Below the pieces are notes generated by a model. That model was not told the DNA's origin and ran no database searches. It saw only the letters and a program-made list of their open reading frames with translations. From NCBI GenBank assembly GCA_023382455.1, contig JAHDVX010000005.1:133861-197860 (forward strand): a stretch of DNA of 64,000 bases, given 5' to 3'. The position numbers were made by a program, and so were the translations under genes. Below, piece after piece: positions 57,025 through 64,000 of this stretch (positions are counted from its first letter, which is position 1; every line of letters begins with the position of its first letter). This stretch comes from Flavobacteriales bacterium. Its GTDB lineage: Bacteria; Bacteroidota; Bacteroidia; Flavobacteriales_F; PHOS-HE28.

Positions 57025-58203
57025 ATGCCCATGTACCGTACGGCGATCCTCGCCGCCCTCCTCATTGCCGGATCGCTCCATGCCCAGGACGATCTGGTGC
57101 GCAAGACCAGCGCCACCGCCACGGACAGCACCGGCTACCGCTTCACCACGGTGGTGAGCACCGAGGCGACCCCCGTGCAGAACCAAGCCTCATCCGGCAC
57201 CTGCTGGAGCTACGCCACCAACAGCTTCCTGGAGTCGGAGATGATCCGCAACGGCGGGCCCGCCATCCACCTCTCCAAGATCTACACCGCGCGCCGCTCC
57301 TATGAGGACAAGGCCGATGCCTACGTGCGCATGCACGGCAGCCTCAATTACGGCGACGGCGGGGAGCCGCATGACGTGGTCAATATGTACGCCAAGTACG
57401 GCACCATGCCCGAGGAGGCCTACACCGGCCTGAACTATGGCACGGACAAGAACCAGTTCGCCGAACTGCAGGCCATGCTCAAGGCGATGCTCGACGTGGT
57501 GATCAAGGCCCCCAATCGCGGCAAGCTCACGCCCGTGTGGAAGAAGGCCTTCAGCAATGTGCTCGATGCCTACCTCGGCCCCGTGCCCGAGACATTCACC
57601 TACAAGGGAAAGAGCTACACGCCCCAAAGCTTCGCCAAGGAGGTGGTGAAGCTGGACCCCGCGGACTACGTGGAGTTCCTCTCCATGACCACCGCGCCGT
57701 ACTATGCGGAGACCATGATGATGGTGCCCGACAACTGGGCGCTTCAGCAGGCGTGGAACATTCCCATGGAGGATATGGTCACCATCATCGACCATGCGCT
57801 GAAGAACGGCTACTCGGTGGCCTGGGGCGGTGATGTGAGCGAGCCTTCCTTCAGCTGGAAGAACGGCATCGCCTGGATCCCCGTGACACCGGCCGATGAT
57901 CTCACCAAGGAGCAGAAGGAGGACCTTTTCACCGGTCCGAAGCCGGAAATGACCATCACGCCGGAGCTGCGCCAGGAGGCCTTCGACAACTACACCACCC
58001 AGGACGACCACGGCATGCAGATCACCGGCATCGCCAAGGACCAGGCCGGCAACGAGTGGTACATCGTGAAGAACTCCTGGGGTGTGAAGAACGACCACGA
58101 AGGCTACCTCTACATGAGCAAGAACTTCGTGCGGTACAAGACCACCAGCTTCATGGTGAACCGCAAGGGCGTTCCTTCGGGCATCATGAAGAAGCTTAAG
58201 TGA
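57025..58203 (+). CDS. C1 family cysteine aminopeptidase (PepC/bleomycin hydrolase-like), secreted
   Basis: Q...GTCWS, DHGM.I.G, KNSWG. Confidence 0.92.
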   Translation: MPMYRTAILAALLIAGSLHAQDDLVRKTSATATDSTGYRFTTVVSTEATPVQNQASSGTCWSYATNSFLESEMIRNGGPAIHLSKIYTARRSYEDKADAYVRMHGSLNYGDGGEPHDVVNMYAKYGTMPEEAYTGLNYGTDKNQFAELQAMLKAMLDVVIKAPNRGKLTPVWKKAFSNVLDAYLGPVPETFTYKGKSYTPQSFAKEVVKLDPADYVEFLSMTTAPYYAETMMMVPDNWALQQAWNIPMEDMVTIIDHALKNGYSVAWGGDVSEPSFSWKNGIAWIPVTPADDLTKEQKEDLFTGPKPEMTITPELRQEAFDNYTTQDDHGMQITGIAKDQAGNEWYIVKNSWGVKNDHEGYLYMSKNFVRYKTTSFMVNRKGVPSGIMKKLK

Positions 58204-58222
58204 GGGGCCTCGAACCCGGTGC

Positions 58223-58654
58223 TCAACCGGCCAGGTAGGCCAGTCCGCTGTTCACCTCCTCGTACAGGTCGCGCACCCGGTGGCTTTCGCACAGCTGCCG
58301 GAATTGGTCGCGGATGGGCTTGTAGCGCTCATGGAACGGGCAGGGGTGGGCATCGCTGCACTTGCTCAGGCCGAGCCCGCAGTTATTGAAGATGTCCCGC
58401 CCGTCAATCGCCTCTACGATCCTCACCACGCGCTGGTCCGCCTGTTTCGGCGTCAGGTAGAATCCGCCGGTGGGGCCCTTTGCGCTGCAGATCAGTCCGG
58501 CCTTCGCCAGTTTCTGCAGCATCTTGCCCACGGTGTGCTCGTTCTCGCCGATGTAGGCGGCCACTTCTCTCAGGCTGGAGCGCTCGCCCGTGGCCAACCG
58601 CGACCCCAGGAAGATCACGGCCTTGATGGCCGCTTTGCACGTCAAGCTCAGCAT
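58223..58654 (-). CDS. Rrf2 family regulator with three Cys (Fe-S type)
   Basis: S.KGP.GGF winged helix; C-x5-C-x5-C-P.H. Confidence 0.92.
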   Translation of the reverse strand: MLSLTCKAAIKAVIFLGSRLATGERSSLREVAAYIGENEHTVGKMLQKLAKAGLICSAKGPTGGFYLTPKQADQRVVRIVEAIDGRDIFNNCGLGLSKCSDAHPCPFHERYKPIRDQFRQLCESHRVRDLYEEVNSGLAYLAG

Positions 58655-58658
58655 CGTC

Positions 58659-58979
58659 CTATCCGCCCAGGTACATGCGGCCCGCCTCGGAGATCATGTC
58701 CTGCCGCCAAGGCGGGTCGAAGGTGATGTTCACCTGCACCTCCGCACCGGGGAACGTCATCTTCAAAGCCTCGGTCACATTGGACTGGATGGATTCCCCC
58801 ATGGGGCAGAACTCCGTGGTAAAGGTCATCAGGCAGGTCACCTTCCCGCTTTCCGGGTCGATGTCGATCTCGTAGATCAACCCGAGGTCAACCACGTTGA
58901 GGCCTACCTCGGGATCGTCCACGAAACGCAGGGCATCCAGCGCCCGGTCGATTTTATCGTCCTGTTCCTGTTCGTTCAT
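58659..58979 (-). CDS. DUF59/SufT-like metal-sulfur cluster assembly factor
   Basis: DPE..LNVVDLGLIY, T..T..CP, FDPPW. Confidence 0.92.
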   Translation of the reverse strand: MNEQEQDDKIDRALDALRFVDDPEVGLNVVDLGLIYEIDIDPESGKVTCLMTFTTEFCPMGESIQSNVTEALKMTFPGAEVQVNITFDPPWRQDMISEAGRMYLGG

Positions 58980-60271
58980 GGTTTGAACTTTTTGGTGAAC
59001 ACCATGCGGCCGATGTTCCAGTTGTAAAGGATGGCCGCTAGCAAGAGCAAGGCCGCGCCCGATTGCAACAGCAGCATGTTCCCGGCCAGGATGCCCACCG
59101 CGAAGCCGGCGAAGCCTGCCAAGTAGGTGAAGGCCATTGCCACGAACACCCGGTCGCTGTACAGGTCCTTGGGGCTGGGCATTTTCCCGATGTAGGCGCG
59201 TGGGCGGTATACTTTGTTCCACACGATGAATGGCAGCGTCTTGAAGGTCATGCCCAGGATGATCGCCGTGATCCATCCGAAGAAGATGGTGAAGCCGTAG
59301 AGGAGCGTCACCTCCGTGCGCTCGCGGCCGGTGAGCACCAGGATGGCGATCAGCACCAGCAGCACCAGCGTGGGCAGCACCAGCAGGCCCACTGAGAGCA
59401 GCGATACCTTCATCTGGTGGTCCACTTTCCTGCGGATCCGCACCATGTACGCTTTGCGGCAGTACCCGGCGAAAAGCAGCAGCGCCGCCAGCACCATCAG
59501 GGCCGGTATGAAGTTGAGCCCGGCTTGGGGGAAGTACAGGAAGAGCACGGCATAGCCCAGCAGGGCCGCGTTCACCAAGGCATAGATGGTCCACAGCATG
59601 CGCGGGTCGCTGTGCTTGCTGATCAGGAACATGGGGATCAGGCGCGACCCCACGCCCAGCACCAGCAGCAGGAACCAGCCCACGATGCCCAAGTGCGCGT
59701 GCAGGCTGAGGTAATGCAGCGAACCGCGCGGCAGCAGGTGGTGCGTGCCGGTGAAGTCGATCACCAACGTCAGGCCCAGCGCAACGGTCAGCAGCAACCA
59801 GAGCGCGGCGGTGAAGACGAACACAGCATGCACGTTCTCCCGCTTGCTCTTGCTGATGCTGATGAAGATGTTGGCCAGGTAGCAAAGCACCCCGGCCACC
59901 ACCAGGCTGCCACCCAGCTGCGCCGCCGCGCCCATGCTGAACCGGAAGAAGGCTTGCACAAGCACCGGAATGCCGAGGCCGGCCAGGAGGAATGAGGCAT
60001 AGGCCAGTTTCTCGCTGTACAGGTCCGCCTCGATCAGCACCGGGAACAGTTGGTGGCTGGCGCCCAGGATGATCATGGTGCCCCAGCCCAGCGCCATCGT
60101 GTGGGTGATCGCCAGGATGTGCGGCTGGAAATAGTGCCCGGTAAAGGCGCCGTGCGAGAGGAACAGCAGCACCGTGCCCGCCAGGAAGGAAACCGCGGCG
60201 TAGAGGTAAAAGGGGATCACCACTTTGTGGGAAGTGGTGCGTGCCACGTTGCCGAGCGGGGAGCCGACCAT
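58976..60271 (-). CDS. Multi-pass membrane protein with His motifs (heme-copper oxidase subunit I/NnrS-like)
   Basis: About 12 TM helices; TH...LGW, HAHL...GW, L.PMF, K..PF..W. Confidence 0.7.
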   Translation of the reverse strand: MVGSPLGNVARTTSHKVVIPFYLYAAVSFLAGTVLLFLSHGAFTGHYFQPHILAITHTMALGWGTMIILGASHQLFPVLIEADLYSEKLAYASFLLAGLGIPVLVQAFFRFSMGAAAQLGGSLVVAGVLCYLANIFISISKSKRENVHAVFVFTAALWLLLTVALGLTLVIDFTGTHHLLPRGSLHYLSLHAHLGIVGWFLLLVLGVGSRLIPMFLISKHSDPRMLWTIYALVNAALLGYAVLFLYFPQAGLNFIPALMVLAALLLFAGYCRKAYMVRIRRKVDHQMKVSLLSVGLLVLPTLVLLVLIAILVLTGRERTEVTLLYGFTIFFGWITAIILGMTFKTLPFIVWNKVYRPRAYIGKMPSPKDLYSDRVFVAMAFTYLAGFAGFAVGILAGNMLLLQSGAALLLLAAILYNWNIGRMVFTKKFKP

Positions 60272-61087
60272 CTACGCCTTGAAGATCAACAGCTTCACGT
60301 TGCCTTCCGCGATCTCCCAGCTCCGGTGTTCAAACTTCCTGTCCTCCAGTTCGGGCAGCAGGAACATGGGGATCCGTTTATGGTTCACATACAACGCATG
60401 GTCCGCGGGCAAATGGTCCAACTCCTCCAGGATGGTCATCATCGGCAGGGGCATCTCCAGCTCGCGGACGTCGATCTCCTTCATCCGCCCCGCGTATTGC
60501 TTGAGCTTTTCCTCCCAGTCCGAACTGCGGCGCTCGGCCTTGGCAGCGCCCATCCGCACTTCGTCACCCTTGAAGAAGTACGTGTGGAACACACCGCCGT
60601 CCAACACCTCCCCGTAGGTCTGGAAGCCGCGTTTGCCCAGCAGTTGCACCAAGGGGATGGGGTCGAAATCGTTGATGATCCGCAAGGCCTGGCCAGGTGA
60701 CAACTCACCCACGTACTTCAGGATCAGGTTGAAGGGGTCCTGGCCTCCCGCGAGGATCGGGCGCACATCCAGGTCAACCACGTCGCCGGGCTTCAAGTGC
60801 TTCATGAAGGCCGGCATCGGCGCGGCCTGTGCGGCAACTTCGGCCACGGGTGCGGAACTGGCCTGGAATCCCAGGGGCTGCAGCTTGGCGAAAAAATCCT
60901 CCGGCCGGCAGCCGCCGATCTTGCTCGCCATGCCGATGGTGGTGCGCGAGGCCATCAGCTTGCGCAGCAACGGGTTCCGCAGTTTGGTGAACTTCGGGGA
61001 GAGCGATACAATGGCCTCCAGCGCCTCCGGGTTCTCCCGCAGCAGGGCGGAGATCTTGGTGTTTGCGTCAATCGTCATTTTGGCCAT
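60272..61087 (-). CDS. DUF1858-like domain plus two DUF2249-like domains
   Basis: F.KL.NP.LR; LDVRP.LAGG.DPF...F.P.PL; IDVREL..P.PM...P.FL. Confidence 0.8.
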   Translation of the reverse strand: MAKMTIDANTKISALLRENPEALEAIVSLSPKFTKLRNPLLRKLMASRTTIGMASKIGGCRPEDFFAKLQPLGFQASSAPVAEVAAQAAPMPAFMKHLKPGDVVDLDVRPILAGGQDPFNLILKYVGELSPGQALRIINDFDPIPLVQLLGKRGFQTYGEVLDGGVFHTYFFKGDEVRMGAAKAERRSSDWEEKLKQYAGRMKEIDVRELEMPLPMMTILEELDHLPADHALYVNHKRIPMFLLPELEDRKFEHRSWEIAEGNVKLLIFKA

Positions 61088-61199
61088 GTTGATATCCTTC
61101 TTCCACCACACCCCGTTCACCACACGGCAAAGGAAGCAAGCGGCGCGGCGCGGCGTACGGATAACTCCGCATGGTCCGCGCCCCGGCTTTTATCATCTG

Positions 61200-62636
61200 T
61201 CAGAAGGATTTCTCCATCTCCGCGGCCTTGCGGAAGAGCAGGTGGTTCTCCAGGGAGATGTGGATGTGCGTGTCGTCGTCCAGTTCCTTCAGTTTGCGGA
61301 ACAGCAGCGAGTAGCTGGCACAGGCATCCTCCGGCGGCGCATAGCCTCCGGTGATCTCATGCAGCTCGTCGATCATGCCGCCTACCGAGGTGTGCTCCTT
61401 CACCAGCTTGTCCAACTTGTCCTGGAAACGGCCCATGCTGCTCGCGGGCAGCGGCTGGCCGGAGTTCTTGGCGGCCACCAGTTGCTTGATGTACGGGAAC
61501 ATGGTCTTCTCCTCGTCCGTGGCGTGCTCCAGCAGTTCATCGCTCACGGCCTGTACCAATTCGTTCACGCGGTGCAGCTCGGGGTGGTGCGCGCCGTGCA
61601 CCTTTTCCACCTTGGCCGAGTACATCTTGATGTCCGGGAGGTTCTTCCGCAGGAAGCCGTGGTGGGTATTCACGATGAAGTCCGCCAGGAAGTCGATGCT
61701 CCATTCATGGTAGGGCAGGGCGGAGCGGCTTTGGTCCTTCTCCACTTCACGCAGTTCCTGTTCCACGCGCGTCACGTCGATGCCCTTTGCGGCGCAGGCT
61801 TCGTTCAGGGTCATGTCGCCGTGGCAGCAGAAGTCCAGGTCGTGTTTCTTGAACACTTCGGCCTTGCGCATGTCCTTGGCCACGATCTCGCCGAGGGTCT
61901 CACCCGTGGTGCCTTGCGGCCGCTTGGTGATCTTCACCCGCCACCACCGCGGGCCCTGCTCCAAGTATTCCCAGGTGAACACGTCACCCATTTCTCCCTG
62001 CATCTGGTAGTACAGCGGCTTGGGGTCATGGTCGTTGTGGATGGTCAGGCTTTCACCTCCTTGCAGGGCGTGGTAGCGGCTGAAGATGGTGGGGTGCTTC
62101 TCGCGCGGGGCCAGCTTGGTCACGTCCAGGATGTTCTCGCCGCTCCCATCGGCCCCGGCGATCTTGCGGGTGATCTTCACTTTCCACCACACCGGGCCTT
62201 GCTCCAGATACTCCCAACCGAAGGCGTCGCCATGCTCGGCTTCCAAGTGGTAGCGTAGCGGAACGGGATCGTGGTCGTTATGGATGGTTAGGCTTTCGCC
62301 GCCCTGCAACTGGTCGATCCGGGCGAAGATGGTGCTGTGCTTCACCATCGGCGGCAGCTGGGTGACGTCAAGGATGTTCCGGCCTTTCTCATTCTGTGGG
62401 GCGCGCTTGGTGAGCTTCACCTTCCACCATTCCGGGCCTTGCTCCAGGTATTCCCAGGCAATGGTGTCCTGGTGCGTGTGGGCCAGCTGGTAGCGCAGCG
62501 GGGCGGGGTCGTGGTCGTTGTGGATGATCAGGCTTTCGCCATCCTGCAATTGGGCGATGCGGTTGAAGATGGTGCTGTGCTTCATCATCGGCGCCAGTTG
62601 GGTCACGTCCAGGATCTGCTCGGTCGTTGTTTCCAT
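61200..62636 (-). CDS. ric: Iron-sulfur cluster repair di-iron protein (RIC/ScdA) fused to three N-terminal DUF2249 repeats
   Basis: 3x ILDVT.L.P..KH.TIF...HNDHDP.PL.Y...WEYLEQGP..W.V; DFCCHG; hemerythrin HH, H...EE, EH, H..LEN. Confidence 0.88.
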   Translation of the reverse strand: METTTEQILDVTQLAPMMKHSTIFNRIAQLQDGESLIIHNDHDPAPLRYQLAHTHQDTIAWEYLEQGPEWWKVKLTKRAPQNEKGRNILDVTQLPPMVKHSTIFARIDQLQGGESLTIHNDHDPVPLRYHLEAEHGDAFGWEYLEQGPVWWKVKITRKIAGADGSGENILDVTKLAPREKHPTIFSRYHALQGGESLTIHNDHDPKPLYYQMQGEMGDVFTWEYLEQGPRWWRVKITKRPQGTTGETLGEIVAKDMRKAEVFKKHDLDFCCHGDMTLNEACAAKGIDVTRVEQELREVEKDQSRSALPYHEWSIDFLADFIVNTHHGFLRKNLPDIKMYSAKVEKVHGAHHPELHRVNELVQAVSDELLEHATDEEKTMFPYIKQLVAAKNSGQPLPASSMGRFQDKLDKLVKEHTSVGGMIDELHEITGGYAPPEDACASYSLLFRKLKELDDDTHIHISLENHLLFRKAAEMEKSF

Positions 62637-62667
62637 GGTTGGTTCGTGTAAGGAGGGGAACGGGGTG

Positions 62668-62675
62668 CAAAGGTA
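62668..62675 (-). promoter_or_regulatory. Bacteroidota -7 promoter element
   Basis: TACCTTTG upstream of ric. Confidence 0.55.
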
Positions 62676-62689
62676 GGTAGCGGCGCCCT

Positions 62690-62713
62690 ATAAAAGTAAA
62701 CAAATACCTTTAT
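62690..62713. promoter_or_regulatory. Candidate Rrf2 operator
   Basis: AT-rich palindrome ATAAAAGTA-AACAAA-TACCTTTAT (8/9) in GC-rich DNA upstream of the ric operon. Confidence 0.6.
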
Positions 62714-62814
62714 TGGACCGTCTGAACTCCTGGGGCGAACGATCGGGGGGCATCAGATCCCCAAGGGGGCCAGGCCTATCGGGAACGGAGGAGGTTGGAG
62801 GAATGGGAGACGGG

Positions 62815-63999
62815 TCACACGCCGGCCTTCAAGGTCCCTTGCTTCGCGGCGCCGTTGCCGGGCATGTAGCCGAAGAGCTTGTTGTCCTTGATCATGTTGT
62901 CCACGAAGGGGGGTACCAGCACTTCCCAGCCGGGTTTCCCTTCGCGGATCATCTGGAGCACCTGCACGCTGAAGATGTGCAACACCTGGGGGTCGAAGGT
63001 TTCGATGTCCACCATCCGCTTGTTGCTCATCAGGTAATCGTAGAGCGGCTTCACGCGCGGGGAGATTGCCATGTTCTCCAAGGTGATCAAGGAGGCTTCG
63101 GGGGCCGGACGGCTGGGGTAGACGTAGATCTTCAGGTCGCGGGTGAAGAGGATCCCGAAGGCTTCGAGCATGCCGCCGTTGAGGCCGCGGTAGTACTTCT
63201 CGTCGAAGACCTTCACCAGGTTGTCGATGCCCATGATCAACCCCATGCGCGCCTTGGTGTAGCGGCTGAAGTATTCCACCAGCTTGTAGTATTCCTGGTA
63301 GTTGCTGATCAGCACCGTCTGCCCCAGTGAGCACAGGATGTCGGCCCGGTCGATGAAGTCCTTCTCGTCCACGTCGCCGCTGTCGGCCTGCAGGTTGTTG
63401 AGGGTGATCTCGAAGAGCACCTGGAGGTTCTGCCGGTCTACACGCTGCTCCTTGATGAACATGTTGTAGCCGTTCATGATCATGTCGATGTTCACCTTGG
63501 TCACCGGCCGGAAGCTGCCACGGATGGCCAGGATGTTCTTCCGGTAGAGCACTTCGGCGGCTTGCAGGTTCTGCCCGTCCGGCCCGAAGATCACGGCATC
63601 GGTGTAGCCACGCTTCACCAGCTGCAGGCTCAGCAGCCTGTTGTCCACCTGGCTGAAGTCCGGGCCGGTCATCTGGATCATGTCGACCTCCACCACATGG
63701 CGGCTCACGTTGTCATACAACGTGGTCATCATCATGTCCGGGTCCTCATGGTGGAAGCAGCAGGCATGCAGGAGGTTCACGCCCAGCACGCCGATGGCTT
63801 CCTGCTGCAGGTTGATGTCCGGGTCGTGCAGCCGCACGTGGATCACCACATCATTGGTTGGCCGGCCCGGAGCGGTCTGGAAGCGCACGCCCAGCCAGCC
63901 ATGCCCTGTGTGCGGGTGGTTGTAGGTGCTGGTGGCCACCGTGTTGGCAAAGCTGAAGAAACGCTTGGAGGGATGGTCCTTGCGGTCAAGCCGTTCCAC
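62815..63999 (-). CDS. Conserved nucleotidyltransferase-like protein (5' end outside the window)
   Basis: FF.FA.TV, HGWLG.RFQ, QQEA.G..GVNL, RGSFRPVT (HIGH-like region), DF..R. Confidence 0.7.
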   Translation of the reverse strand: MERLDRKDHPSKRFFSFANTVATSTYNHPHTGHGWLGVRFQTAPGRPTNDVVIHVRLHDPDINLQQEAIGVLGVNLLHACCFHHEDPDMMMTTLYDNVSRHVVEVDMIQMTGPDFSQVDNRLLSLQLVKRGYTDAVIFGPDGQNLQAAEVLYRKNILAIRGSFRPVTKVNIDMIMNGYNMFIKEQRVDRQNLQVLFEITLNNLQADSGDVDEKDFIDRADILCSLGQTVLISNYQEYYKLVEYFSRYTKARMGLIMGIDNLVKVFDEKYYRGLNGGMLEAFGILFTRDLKIYVYPSRPAPEASLITLENMAISPRVKPLYDYLMSNKRMVDIETFDPQVLHIFSVQVLQMIREGKPGWEVLVPPFVDNMIKDNKLFGYMPGNGAAKQGTLKAGV

Positions 64000-64000
64000 G

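Overview
High-GC bacterial chromosome segment. It most likely comes from a Bacteroidota (Flavobacteriales-like) organism, judged from a T9SS C-terminal sorting domain, repeated TAnnTTTG -7 promoter elements and a glmM/TPR/comA/aroE gene order. About 60 genes are supportable. Most are housekeeping or envelope genes: aroK, pyrR-like, yaaA, FKBP, an M16 peptidase pair, LTA-synthase-like sulfatase, uvrB, fabG, sucD, ndh, mnmE, aroE, comA, glmM, a cysteine desulfurase, a MarR-MFP-RND-TolC efflux operon and a C1 peptidase. Two accessory, defence-like islets flank the cysteine desulfurase gene. The first carries parD, a truncated parE and an AT-rich NucC/DUF6602-like nuclease. The second carries HIRAN, a frameshifted gene paired with a DUF1828-like gene, two orphans and an MmeI-family restriction-modification gene. 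An Rrf2-linked RIC/DUF2249/DUF59 nitrosative or Fe-S stress operon lies near the right end. Notable sequence-level observations: palindromic REP-like elements inserted in-frame at two sites of the MmeI gene; a full-length malate-synthase paralogue that appears to have lost its catalytic motifs and is coupled to a DUF551-like gene; a 69-bp duplication of the sucD 3' end around a Sel1 gene; mirror-image ECF-type promoters; a MITE-like element; and 7-bp and 9-bp tandem arrays. No rRNA, tRNA, CRISPR array, integrase or transposase was recognised. All family assignments come from motif recognition by eye, not from database searches.
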